DNA of 64,000 nt, from the NCBI GenBank assembly GCA_964588985.1, contig CAZPQW010000013.1:1-64000 (forward strand), given 5' to 3'. This stretch comes from an uncultured Solirubrobacteraceae bacterium (GTDB lineage: Bacteria > Actinomycetota > Thermoleophilia > Solirubrobacterales > Solirubrobacteraceae). A model generated the notes under the pieces. It was given only the letters and a program-made list of their open reading frames with translations. It made no database searches and was not told where the DNA came from. This document shows, piece by piece, positions 8,920-18,254 of this stretch. A program made the position numbers and the translations under genes. The first letter of the stretch is position 1; each line of letters opens with the position of its first letter.

Positions 8920-9467
8920 GCAATCAGCTCCTCGATCGCGCGGGCCGCGCCAGCCATCTGGCGCCGGTGGGCGCGCAGTGCGCGCGCATGTAGCGCTGAG
9001 TGGCCCTTGCACAGTCTCTCCCACTCTCCGTCGCGATCGATCAGGACGCGTCCCTCTCCGATGGCTCGGTCCAGAAGAAGCGGCGCCCGAGCCTCCACCC
9101 GATCCAGACGGGCGATATCAACACGACGCCCACTGACACGTTGCAAGCGCGCGGCCAATCTGGAACCGGTCAAGGGGCGATCATTTGCAAACGAGATCAA
9201 AAGGTCTAGATCAGAGCCATCATCCTCATCGCCTCGCGCGAGCGAGCCGTAGAGCACAGCCAGACGAACCCGATGCTCGGTCCGGAGTGCTTGGCGAAGC
9301 TGGGAAAGAAGCAGCCAATGGGCTCGGAGATACTCGCGCTCACCCGGTGCCAGCCGCAGTCGGCGCGGTCCGCTGCGGGTGGCGCGTAGGGCACCCTGCG
9401 CAACCGCCCGACGCAAAGTGCGCTCCTCGACATCAAGCTCGGTCGCCAGCTCTTGGATCACGCCCAT
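8916..9467 (-). CDS. Minimal nucleotidyltransferase (MNT) with N-terminal HTH
   Basis: LYGSLARGD...SDLDLLI (GS-x10-DxD) and RRVDIA; N-terminal IQELATELDVEERTLRRAVAQGAL HTH. Confidence 0.88.
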   Translation of the reverse strand: MGVIQELATELDVEERTLRRAVAQGALRATRSGPRRLRLAPGEREYLRAHWLLLSQLRQALRTEHRVRLAVLYGSLARGDEDDGSDLDLLISFANDRPLTGSRLAARLQRVSGRRVDIARLDRVEARAPLLLDRAIGEGRVLIDRDGEWERLCKGHSALHARALRAHRRQMAGAARAIEELIA

Positions 9468-9620
9468 GCCGAAGAGACTACTACGCCGTATGTCCGTTAC
9501 GGCACCGTTTGACGCGGTGAGAAGGCACCCGCAACGGACGTTTCATGCCGGTACTCTTGGGAAAGGGACGCGAGCTGTGATCGCTGCGCTGCGCACCGAC
9601 TACAAGGAGATGATCGCCGG

Positions 9621-9860
9621 ATGGCGCACGATATGAACCCCTCCGAGTCGCCCACTGCGAAGGCTATGGATCGTGCTATCGACCTAGCGATCGAGGGCAA
9701 GTCGCCTTATCCCGAACACGCCACTTTCATCGACGCCGACTCGCCCCACGCCGGCCACGAGATCACCCGCGCGTTCGACGAGGGCTATGCCGTTGTCCTC
9801 GTGTCCGCCGACGGGCGCGAGCGCGTCATCACCTCGAAAATGCTCGCCGCTAGCGCCTGA
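9621..9860 (+). CDS. Small hypothetical protein
   Basis: 79-aa ORF with plausible codon usage; AAGGAG upstream. Confidence 0.6.
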   Translation: MAHDMNPSESPTAKAMDRAIDLAIEGKSPYPEHATFIDADSPHAGHEITRAFDEGYAVVLVSADGRERVITSKMLAASA

Positions 9861-10023
9861 AAGGCACCGCGCAGGTCCGGCCATAGCCGGCGTTGACGAG
9901 GAGGCGTAGCCGACGGCTGCGAACGTAGCTGCGGCCACCCTGGCCGCGACATCTCTCGACGCTGGTGCTGCTCGTGGGTCTCGCGTGCCCTCGCTGTCTG
10001 GCTCGCACCCTTCCCTTATTGCG

Positions 10024-10483
10024 TCACTCGTTGGGTGCGGAGCTGGGTGTCCAGGCTTGGGTGATGCTGCCGCCTTCTTGGCGGAGGATCTGGCCCTCCT
10101 CGACGAGGGTGTGTTGGAAGGCGATCTCGTCGCGTGGGTCGCGTCCGGTGTTGTCGATTTGTTCTCTCCAGACGACCAGGGCGCAGAGCATCTCGACGGC
10201 CGTGGAGTGCGACGATGCCGCCCCACATCCACATGCTCCATTCGCGGTCGCCGCCGTACGGCTCAAGCCACGACGCCCGGAAAGCGTCCTGGTCCTCGGG
10301 CGTGTCGAGATCGACCGTGTCCGCGTGCGGGGTGTGCGCGTGTTTGCTGGCTCTGGTTTCGGCGAGCCCGTTGCGGACCATTTGCGCGGCGAGCCTGGCG
10401 GCTGGCTCGCCGGTGCTGGCGGCTAGCTCGTTGAGCTGCTCTGCGAGCGCGATCGGGAGCGTGATCTTCAGGCGGTAGCTCAT
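10024..10483 (-). pseudogene. CopG/RHH-like DNA-binding protein, frame broken at about 10200
   Basis: N-terminus YRLKITLPIALAEQLNELAASTGEPAARLAAQMVRNGL is RHH-like. Protein-like sequence continues in another frame (EMLCALVVWREQIDNTGRDPRDEIAFQ...) after ...VALHGR. Confidence 0.55.
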
Positions 10484-10713
10484 CGTGCGCCTCGCTGATC
10501 GTCTGGCCTGGCTGTGTTGGTGTTGGTGGGTGTGGTGGTTGTCATGTGGTCCTAGACCACGAGGACGCCCAAGCGGCCAACGAATGGGGCGCCTACAAGT
10601 GCTCGTTGGTGGCGCTGATTGGGCAGCAGCGAGCCGCAGACGCCTTGGACAGAGCTTGTGGCGAGCAACGGGCGGAGCCTAAAAACAGCTTGAATACAGG
10701 GCTTCCAGGGCGA

Positions 10714-10785
10714 TGCCCCCGCCAGGAGTCGAACCTGGATCTACCGCTTAGGAGGCGGTCGTCTTATCCATTGGACTACGAGGGC
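10714..10785 (-). tRNA. tRNA-Arg (anticodon CCT)
   Basis: Reverse complement GCCCTCGTAGTCCAATGGATAAGACG-ACCGC-CTCCTAA-GCGGT-AGATCCAGGTTCGACTCCTGGCGGGGGCA; cloverleaf with TTCGA T-loop; CCA not encoded. Confidence 0.97.
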
Positions 10786-10829
10786 GTAACGCGCGGACCT
10801 CAAGCGGGTCCACGAAAAGGCTACCTGCG

Positions 10830-11354
10830 TCAGGCGGCGACGGTACCCGGGGCTTCGCCTGCGAGGCGCTCGAGTTCGGCGCCGACCATTCGGTGGGTGA
10901 TCCACTCGTCCATCCGCTGCGCGCCGATGCTCTCGTAGAAGCCGAGCGCCAGCGCGTTCCAGTCGAGCGCCGACCATTCCAGGCGCCCGGCACCACGGGC
11001 GTGCGCTCGCGCGGCGACGCTCGCGAGCAGCGCCTTGCCGACGCCGGCCTTGCGGTGCTCGGGGCGCACGAATAGGTCCTCCAGCCACACGCCCTGGATA
11101 GCGAGGAAAGTCGAGAACGTGGGGAAGAACAGCGCGTAGCCAGCCGGCTCCCCGCCGAGCTCCGCGATCAGCGCCTCCGCCGCGGGGCGCTCGCCGAACA
11201 GGGCCGCGTGCACCAGCTCCTGCGTCGCGTGCATTTCGTGCCCCAGGCGCTCGTATTCCGCAAGCTCCATGAACAGCGTCAGCAGCAGCGGCACGTCCTC
11301 GGGACGGGCGTCGCGGATCACCAGCGCACCCTCGGCCTCCTGAGCGGCTGCCAT
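10830..11354 (-). CDS. GNAT N-acetyltransferase (diamine acetyltransferase-like)
   Basis: WLEDLFVRPEHRKAGVGKALL and WSALDWN...FYESIGA; ATG overlaps the pyrE stop. Confidence 0.92.
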   Translation of the reverse strand: MAAAQEAEGALVIRDARPEDVPLLLTLFMELAEYERLGHEMHATQELVHAALFGERPAAEALIAELGGEPAGYALFFPTFSTFLAIQGVWLEDLFVRPEHRKAGVGKALLASVAARAHARGAGRLEWSALDWNALALGFYESIGAQRMDEWITHRMVGAELERLAGEAPGTVAA

Positions 11355-11944
11355 CAGACTTTCGTCCGGTCGGGTCGGTCGGGGTAGATGTCGTCGATCG
11401 TGCTCAGCGCCACGTAGGGGGCCCCGGCCGCGCGCTCGATCGCGGCGCCGCCGCCCGCCAGCCGGTCGAGCACGCTGATCACGCCGCAGATCTCGTGGCC
11501 CGCGTCGTTGAGCGCCTCGATCGCGGCGAGCGTCGAGCCGCCTGTGGTGACGACGTCCTCGACGACCACGCAGCGGTCCTCCGGGAGCAGCGGCGGGCCC
11601 TCGATGCGCCGTTGCAGCCCGTGCGCCTTGGCGTCCTTGCGCACGAAGAACGCCTTTGCGCGCGCTCCGCCGGCGAGCGCCGCGCACGCGACAGGGTCCG
11701 CCCCCATCGTCATGCCGCCCACCGCCGTTCCGTCCCAGTCGGTCACCTGCGCCGCCACCAGCGTCGCCAGCGCGGAGAAGCCGTCTGGGCGCAGGATCGC
11801 GCGCTTGGCGTCCACGTAGTACTCGGCTTCCGCGCCGCTCGTGAGCGTCACGCGCCCGATCACCAGCGCGTGCTCGCGCAGCTCGTCGGCGAGACGGCGG
11901 CGGGCGTGCGCGAGGTCGGTCGTATCTTCGTCCGCAGTGTCCAC
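11354..11944 (-). CDS. pyrE: Orotate phosphoribosyltransferase
   Basis: TLTSG...YYVD, FFVRKDAKAHG, and PRPP loop VVEDVVTTGGS. Confidence 0.95.
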   Translation of the reverse strand: MDTADEDTTDLAHARRRLADELREHALVIGRVTLTSGAEAEYYVDAKRAILRPDGFSALATLVAAQVTDWDGTAVGGMTMGADPVACAALAGGARAKAFFVRKDAKAHGLQRRIEGPPLLPEDRCVVVEDVVTTGGSTLAAIEALNDAGHEICGVISVLDRLAGGGAAIERAAGAPYVALSTIDDIYPDRPDRTKV

Positions 11945-11965
11945 CGAGCAACCTAATCTAGCGCT

Positions 11966-12307
11966 ATGACCAATGTCGTCGTTCGCTTGCTGAGGATCGC
12001 CTCACTCATCGTCTGCCTGATCGTGATCGCGTCGTATGCGATCTTCGCGATAGGGCAGACGAAAACCGCATCCAACCACCAGCAGGAAGCGATCAACGGC
12101 CCCTCGGCGCCGGTCGCGGTCAAACACGAGAGCAGCCTCCACAAAGCGATCGACGAAGCCTCCACCGAACTCACCTCGCCGTTCGCGGGCATCGTGTCGA
12201 GCTCGAGCGGCGAATGGGCGGTACGCAGCGTGAAGCTGCTGATCGCGCTGGTCGTCTACGGATTCGGGCTCGGCTACCTGGCGCGCGTGCTGCGCGTGCG
12301 GGTCTAG
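11966..12307 (+). CDS. Small two-TM membrane protein
   Basis: Two hydrophobic segments; TAATCT 6 nt before the ATG. Confidence 0.75.
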   Translation: MTNVVVRLLRIASLIVCLIVIASYAIFAIGQTKTASNHQQEAINGPSAPVAVKHESSLHKAIDEASTELTSPFAGIVSSSSGEWAVRSVKLLIALVVYGFGLGYLARVLRVRV

Positions 12308-12320
12308 AGCCCGGTCGCTC

Positions 12321-13373
12321 TCACGGCCCTGCGTTCGGGCGTACGAGCGAGCTGCCGCGGCCGTTTTCGTTGTACACGTCGACCGGCGTGCCGTACTGCA
12401 CCCACGCATAGATCGCCGGCGCGTCGGGGATCGGCACGCGCAGGCAGCCGTGGCTGGCCGCGTACACCGGCACTTCCGCGTAGCCGTGGATCGCGTAGCC
12501 GCGGATGAAGTAGTTGGAGTCCACCATGCCGTGCGAGTTCGTGCCCGGCGTCTTGCTGTACACGCGGAAGCGACCGATCACCGTCGGCGTCGAGGGCTTG
12601 CCCGAGCTGATCGTGTAGATCGTGCGCACTCTGCCGCCCGGTTCGATCTCCGCGAGCACCTGCTTGGTCAGGTTCGCCTCCACGTGGCGCCCGTCGCTGC
12701 GGTAGCGAACGTGGAAGGCGCCCGCGTGACGCGCGAGCAGCTCGAACACCCGCTTGCCCGCGTAGGGGATCCGTTCGAGGCCGGTCATCTTGCGATAGGC
12801 GATCAGCGCTCGCCCGGTGCCTTCGTCGAGCACGCCCGTCAGCGGCGTCGCGTAGTGCATCGCGTCGAGCTCGGACTGCAGCAGCCGCACCGATTGACCG
12901 CTCGCGCCCAGGCCGAGGTTCGCGTTGACGAACTGCACCCCCGGCGAGCGTGCGCCGAACGCGGCCTGCTGCGCGGTCAGGTAGTGCGCCGCGCGCACCT
13001 CCACGAGGCCCGCGTCGCGGCTGGAGAAGTTGATGTGGAACTGGCCCGTGCCATCGCCCACGCCGAGCACGCTCACGGTCTTGACCTCGACCTTGCGCCC
13101 TTCGCGGTAGAAGCTCACCTTCACCGTCTGCCCGCCCACGTAGGGGGTGACGATGCCGCGCACCACGATCCTGCCTCCCACGAGCGCGAACGGAGGGCTG
13201 CCGCCGACCTTCTGCAGCACCAGCTTCATCGTCCCCGCCACCACCGGCGCTGGAGCGGTCGTCGTCGTTGCCGGCGCTTCCGCGACCGCCGGGGCTGGAA
13301 CCGCCGCGAGGCACAGCAGCGCCGCGCAGGCACCCGTCTGAAGGGTTCGTCTCATGCCCACGATCCTACGCAT
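12321..13373 (-). CDS. Secreted L,D-transpeptidase (YkuD) with peptidoglycan-binding domain
   Basis: Signal peptide; LGASGQSVRLLQSEL PG-binding domain; ISSGKPSTPT and YAIHG...ASHGCLR. The start may be 13355. Confidence 0.92.
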   Translation of the reverse strand: MRRIVGMRRTLQTGACAALLCLAAVPAPAVAEAPATTTTAPAPVVAGTMKLVLQKVGGSPPFALVGGRIVVRGIVTPYVGGQTVKVSFYREGRKVEVKTVSVLGVGDGTGQFHINFSSRDAGLVEVRAAHYLTAQQAAFGARSPGVQFVNANLGLGASGQSVRLLQSELDAMHYATPLTGVLDEGTGRALIAYRKMTGLERIPYAGKRVFELLARHAGAFHVRYRSDGRHVEANLTKQVLAEIEPGGRVRTIYTISSGKPSTPTVIGRFRVYSKTPGTNSHGMVDSNYFIRGYAIHGYAEVPVYAASHGCLRVPIPDAPAIYAWVQYGTPVDVYNENGRGSSLVRPNAGP

Positions 13374-14217
13374 CCGCGCGGGCGAACGACGTCGGAGGAG
13401 AGATCAACCCCACGCTCCGGCATGCGAGCACCACCCCGCCGATCGCCAGAAGCGCCGCCACGAGCAGGACGGGCGCCTGCCAGTCCCAGTTCTCGAGACT
13501 GGAGAACGCGATCGAGTTGTTGATCGAGTGGGCCACGATCGATGGGTAGAGCGATCCGGTGTAGCGGTAGAGCAGGCACAGCCCGAAGCCGAGCGCCGCG
13601 AGCGGGATCAGATCGAGAGCCGGAGCCGACCCCGCGTGCACCCCTCCGAACACCAGTCCGGTGATCAGGGCCGCCGGAAGGGTTCCCTTCCAGTTGCGAA
13701 GCGCCGTGAACATCAGGCCACGGAACAGGAACTCCTCGCAGATCGGCGCCATCACGCACGTCAGCGCCGCGCTCAGCAGCAGCAGCGCCGTGCCTTCGTT
13801 CGAGCCGAGCGTGTTCAGCAGCTTGTCTTCGCCGGGGTTGAACAGTTCCGTCCAGATCACGCTCAGCACCACGAACGCGACCAGCAGCAGCAGGATCCGC
13901 CCGATCGCCGACCACCAGCCCGCCCCCGGAGGCCGCAGCCCGAACTGCCACGAGCGCACCGCTCGCCGGCCGATGCTCGCGCAGTAGATCGCGGCCGCGA
14001 CGAACGAGAGATCCTGCACGAACGTGTCCGCCAGGACGAGTCCCGGCGGGGTCGGGGAGTGCGTGATGCTGATCCCGAACGCGAGCGCCGGCAGATCGAC
14101 CATCAGCCCCGCGACCGCGGCGAGCACGAGCCCGACGAGCAACGCGAGCGGCGCGATCCACCACGGCCACGACGTCGTGGGCGAGCGCGACGGCTCGCCC
14201 TGCGGGAGCCCCTCCAC
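13366..14217 (-). CDS. CPBP (CAAX/Abi) intramembrane protease
   Basis: APICEEFLFRG, FGGVH and SIVAHSINN motifs. Confidence 0.93.
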   Translation of the reverse strand: MEGLPQGEPSRSPTTSWPWWIAPLALLVGLVLAAVAGLMVDLPALAFGISITHSPTPPGLVLADTFVQDLSFVAAAIYCASIGRRAVRSWQFGLRPPGAGWWSAIGRILLLLVAFVVLSVIWTELFNPGEDKLLNTLGSNEGTALLLLSAALTCVMAPICEEFLFRGLMFTALRNWKGTLPAALITGLVFGGVHAGSAPALDLIPLAALGFGLCLLYRYTGSLYPSIVAHSINNSIAFSSLENWDWQAPVLLVAALLAIGGVVLACRSVGLISPPTSFARADA

Positions 14218-14220
14218 CGC

Positions 14221-15633
14221 CTACGCCACCCAGTGCCAGGTCGCGAACTGCGCGCCGAACAGCATCATCAGCGCGGCCGATACAACCAGCGCCGGGCGCT
14301 GCGCGCGCGGGTGCTCGCTGAGCCAGACGGCGAACCAGATCCCGAGCGGGAACAGCACCAGCAGGAACCGCGGCAGCGACATCAGCGGCTGCGCGCGCAC
14401 CGGATCGGACAGCGGCAGCGCGAGCGCCGCGATCACGTAAGCGCCATAGGCGAGCGGGAGCCTGCGCAGCACGCCGACGACCGCCGGCACCGCCGCCGCG
14501 AGGAACGCGAGCAGCACGAGGTTGTGCCCCGCTTCCACGAACGGGCTGCCCGACCCCACGGGGTAGTACACGTGGTGGCGCTGGAAGGACAGCAGCTGTC
14601 GCGCCCCCTCGAACGCCGCCTTCACGCCATCCCACACGCCAACGTAGGGCCCCGCGAAATGCCTACCCCACACCGACTGGGCGCGGAACGGGTCCAGCGG
14701 GTCGCCGCCCGCGAGCGCGAGACACCCCCCGTAGACGATCACCCCGAGCGGCAGCGCCGCGAGCCACAAGATGTCGCCACGAGGCCGGTAGCGAGGGAGC
14801 ATCCGCCGACGCCCCACGCGTACGAAGTCCGGCACGCGATCCTCACGCGGCCCGTACAGGTAGATCATCGCCGCGGGCAGCGCGAGCACGAGACCGGTGC
14901 TGCGCGTCGCCGCCGCGAGCGCGCCGAGCACGCCCACGATCGCCCAGCGGCCCTGGCGCGCGCTCCAGAACAGGCCCACCGACAGGGCCAGGTAGAGCGA
15001 CTCGGAGTACACCGCCGAGAGGAAGAACGCCATCGGCGCGAACGCCGTGACCGTCACCGCGAGGCGCGCCGCGTCGGCCACGCGATCGCCGCTCAGCGCT
15101 GAGCGCCCGCGGGCGCTCAGCTCGAGCGTCGTTAGGCGGTGGATGCCATACAGCGCGAAAGCCAGGGCGGCCACCGACAGCAGCACGCCCGCCAGCACCG
15201 GCGGCGGGCCGAGCGCGGAGACGGCGCGCAGGCCGAGGGGATACAGGGGAAAGAACGCGTCGCGCGAGGCCGTGTAGGAGCCGAGGTCGGGGCGATAGCC
15301 GTAGTGCGCGATCACCAGATACCAGTCCGCGTCCCAGCGCGCCGCCGGGGCGGCCAGCAGATCCCCGAGCCAACCGAACCCGCGCGTGACCCCGGGCGGA
15401 TCGAACGCGCCGCGCACCGGTCCGAAGCCGAGCGTGAGGATCGTCGCCACGCCGCTCGCCCACACCAGCAGCCGCGAGCTCCACAGCGCCCGCCAGCTCT
15501 CGCGCACGGCGGTCATCCGCGCCGGATCGGCGCGCAGACGGGACCACCAGCCCCCCGTCGCGAAGGCCGACGCGCGCGCGGCGCGGGAGGCGCCCACGGT
15601 ACGGAGAGCTGGGTCGGCGGTGTCGGAGTTCAT
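14221..15633 (-). CDS. GT-C mannosyltransferase (PIG-V-like)
   Basis: ARWDADWYLVIAHYGY, AFFPLYP, YSESLYLAL, TRSTG and SLPRF; multi-TM. Confidence 0.88.
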   Translation of the reverse strand: MNSDTADPALRTVGASRAARASAFATGGWWSRLRADPARMTAVRESWRALWSSRLLVWASGVATILTLGFGPVRGAFDPPGVTRGFGWLGDLLAAPAARWDADWYLVIAHYGYRPDLGSYTASRDAFFPLYPLGLRAVSALGPPPVLAGVLLSVAALAFALYGIHRLTTLELSARGRSALSGDRVADAARLAVTVTAFAPMAFFLSAVYSESLYLALSVGLFWSARQGRWAIVGVLGALAAATRSTGLVLALPAAMIYLYGPREDRVPDFVRVGRRRMLPRYRPRGDILWLAALPLGVIVYGGCLALAGGDPLDPFRAQSVWGRHFAGPYVGVWDGVKAAFEGARQLLSFQRHHVYYPVGSGSPFVEAGHNLVLLAFLAAAVPAVVGVLRRLPLAYGAYVIAALALPLSDPVRAQPLMSLPRFLLVLFPLGIWFAVWLSEHPRAQRPALVVSAALMMLFGAQFATWHWVA

Positions 15634-15717
15634 GGCGCTTACGAGCGAGCCTAGACACAGTCACGATGGGACCGGCGAGAAATCACACCGCGGCACGGTA
15701 ATCTCGAAGCTCCTGCG

Positions 15718-17907
15718 ATGTCTCGACAAGCACGCAAGCGCCGGTATCGGCACGGCCGCTCCGGGAGCTCACGACTCTTCCTCGTCGGCGGCGGGGTCCT
15801 CCTCAGCACGCTCATCGTCGGCACGATCGCCGCGGTCGCCTACGTGCTGAACGTCGCCCAGGAAGCGCCCGCGCTCTCCACCCTGCGCCCGCTCCTCAGC
15901 GGCGGCAGCTCGCAGGTGTTCGCCTCCGACGGCACCCGCCTCGGCTTCATCCAGTCGGACGAGCTGCGCAGCCCGATCAACTGGAGCGAAATCCCGTCGA
16001 ATCTGAGGAACGCGACGGTCGCGATCGAGGACCAGCGCTTCTACAAGAACAACGGCGTCGATCTCACCGGGATCTTCCGCGCGGCGATCAAGGACGTCCT
16101 CCACGGCGCGGCGCTGCAGGGCGGCTCCACGATCACGATGCAGCTGATGCGCAACCTCTATCTCGGCGGCGACCAGCACACGTTCAAGCAGAAGATCATC
16201 GAGGCGAAGCTCGCGCTCGACTACGAGAAAGTGCACTCCAAGAAATCGATCCTCACCAGTTATCTCAACAGCGTCCCCTACGGCACCCTCGGTGGGCAGA
16301 CCGCCATCGGCGTGCAGGCCGCGGCGAGGATCTTCTTCGACAAGCCCGCCTCGCAGCTCAACCTCGAGCAGTCCGCGGTCCTCGCAGGCCTGCCGCAGGC
16401 GCCGTCGCAGTACAACCCGCTGCTTGATCCCGCCGCCGCGAAGGAGCGACGCAACGAGGTACTCGCGAAGATGGCCGAACTCCACTACATCACGCCCGCA
16501 CAGGCCACAGCGACCGAGGCCCTGGGATTGGAGACGCACCCGGGGCACTACTACTCGCAGCGACGCGAGGACTTCTTCTTCGAATACGTCCGCGAGCTGC
16601 TGATTCACCGCTACGGCGAAAAGGCCGTCCAGCAGGGCGGGCTGAAGGTCTACACGACGATCGACCTCAACATGCAGCGGCTCGCGCGTAAAGCGATCGC
16701 CGAAGTGCTCAACGAGCCCGAAGACCCCGCATCGGCGATCGTCACAATCAACCCCCACAACGGCGACATCGAGGCGATGGCCGAGTCCGAGAGCTACGAG
16801 AAGTCGCAGTACAACCTCGCCGCCGACGGACACCGACAGCCCGGCTCCACGTTCAAGGCGATAGACCTCGCCGACGCGCTCTCGCGCGGAGTCGACCCGA
16901 ACAGCACCGTCTACGTCTCGCACACGCTCGAACCGGGCTGGCTGGCCTCGGAACCGAAGTACAAAGTCGAGACGTTCGAGGGAACGTCGCTGAACAAGTC
17001 GATCAACCTCGTGCAGGCGACGCTCGCCTCCGACAACACCGTCTACGCCCAGCTCGCAGCCGACCTGGGCGAGGAAACGGTCACCCACACCGCCTACGAG
17101 ATGGGGGTGAAAACCCATCTATCGAGCTATCCCGCCGAGGCGCTGGGCGGGCTCACGCTCGGGGTGACGCCGCTGGAAATGGCCGATGTGTACGCGACCC
17201 TCGCCGACGGCGGCTGGCGTAACGCGCCGATCGCCATCACCAAGGTGGCGTTTCCCAACGGCCGCGTGGACAGCACCTGGGGCACCCCTCATCGCGTGAA
17301 GGTGCTCAGCGAAGGCGTCACCGCCAAGGAGACGGAAATCCTGCACGACAACGTGCTCGGCGGCACCGCGGGCCGGTCCGCGATCAACTGCCCCACAGCC
17401 GCCAAGACGGGCACCACGAGCGAACTGATCGACGCGTGGCTCGACGGGTACACGCCCAACTACTCGACCGTCGTGTGGATGGGCTACCCAAGCAAGCGAG
17501 TCTCGATGACCGACGTGCACGGCGAGCCGCAGCAGGGTGGCTACCTGCCCGCGGAAATCTGGCACGCGTACATGTCGGCCGTCACCGAAGGCCAGTCGTG
17601 CACCGAATTCCCGCAGCCGAAAGAAGCGATCTCCTACAAGCCCTTCTACGGCAAATTCGCCACCACCGGCCAGAGCGTGGCCACGCAGGAAAGCGAAAAG
17701 GAAGCGAAGGCCAAGAAGAAGCCCAAAAAGCCCGGGAGCAAATCCAAAGAAGGCAAGGAAACGGGCGGCGCTCAGGGCAACGGCAACAGCACGCCGAGCG
17801 AACCGCCCTCGCACACCCCGCCCGCAAAGACGCCCACCGAAGCGCCGTCACCCCCGGCCGCGAAGGAACCTGGGATCAAGAAAACCGGGGGAGCATCGCC
17901 GGGCTGA
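15718..17907 (+). CDS. Class A penicillin-binding protein (PBP1A)
   Basis: AIEDQRFY and QGGSTITMQL in the transglycosylase; GSTFK, SDN and KTGT in the transpeptidase. Confidence 0.95.
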   Translation: MSRQARKRRYRHGRSGSSRLFLVGGGVLLSTLIVGTIAAVAYVLNVAQEAPALSTLRPLLSGGSSQVFASDGTRLGFIQSDELRSPINWSEIPSNLRNATVAIEDQRFYKNNGVDLTGIFRAAIKDVLHGAALQGGSTITMQLMRNLYLGGDQHTFKQKIIEAKLALDYEKVHSKKSILTSYLNSVPYGTLGGQTAIGVQAAARIFFDKPASQLNLEQSAVLAGLPQAPSQYNPLLDPAAAKERRNEVLAKMAELHYITPAQATATEALGLETHPGHYYSQRREDFFFEYVRELLIHRYGEKAVQQGGLKVYTTIDLNMQRLARKAIAEVLNEPEDPASAIVTINPHNGDIEAMAESESYEKSQYNLAADGHRQPGSTFKAIDLADALSRGVDPNSTVYVSHTLEPGWLASEPKYKVETFEGTSLNKSINLVQATLASDNTVYAQLAADLGEETVTHTAYEMGVKTHLSSYPAEALGGLTLGVTPLEMADVYATLADGGWRNAPIAITKVAFPNGRVDSTWGTPHRVKVLSEGVTAKETEILHDNVLGGTAGRSAINCPTAAKTGTTSELIDAWLDGYTPNYSTVVWMGYPSKRVSMTDVHGEPQQGGYLPAEIWHAYMSAVTEGQSCTEFPQPKEAISYKPFYGKFATTGQSVATQESEKEAKAKKKPKKPGSKSKEGKETGGAQGNGNSTPSEPPSHTPPAKTPTEAPSPPAAKEPGIKKTGGASPG

Positions 17908-18025
17908 GAGCACGCGCCAGTCGCACCCAAGCACCTTCGCGGCTCCCACGCTGGTAGTTTGAGTCTCGAAACACAAACGAACGGTTGCCCGCCTATGCGG
18001 TGTGAGCGACCAGATGGGATGCGGC

Positions 18026-18244
18026 GTGGCGAAGGAGGACAAGGTTGAATTCGAGGGCGAGGTGATCGAGGCCCTGCCGAACGCGATGTTTCGAGTTAAG
18101 CTCGACAACGACCACGTGGTACTGGGACACGTGGCGGGCAAGATGCGGCGTTTCAGGATCCGCATCCTCCCCGGTGATCGCGTGCGCTGCGAGCTCTCCC
18201 CCTACGACCTCGATCGCGCGCGCATCGTCTACCGGCACCGCTGA
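18026..18244 (+). CDS. infA: Translation initiation factor IF-1
   Basis: [26 protein letters not shown]...[18 protein letters not shown]. Confidence 0.97.
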   Translation: MAKEDKVEFEGEVIEALPNAMFRVKLDNDHVVLGHVAGKMRRFRIRILPGDRVRCELSPYDLDRARIVYRHR

Positions 18245-18254
18245 ACACCCGTCC

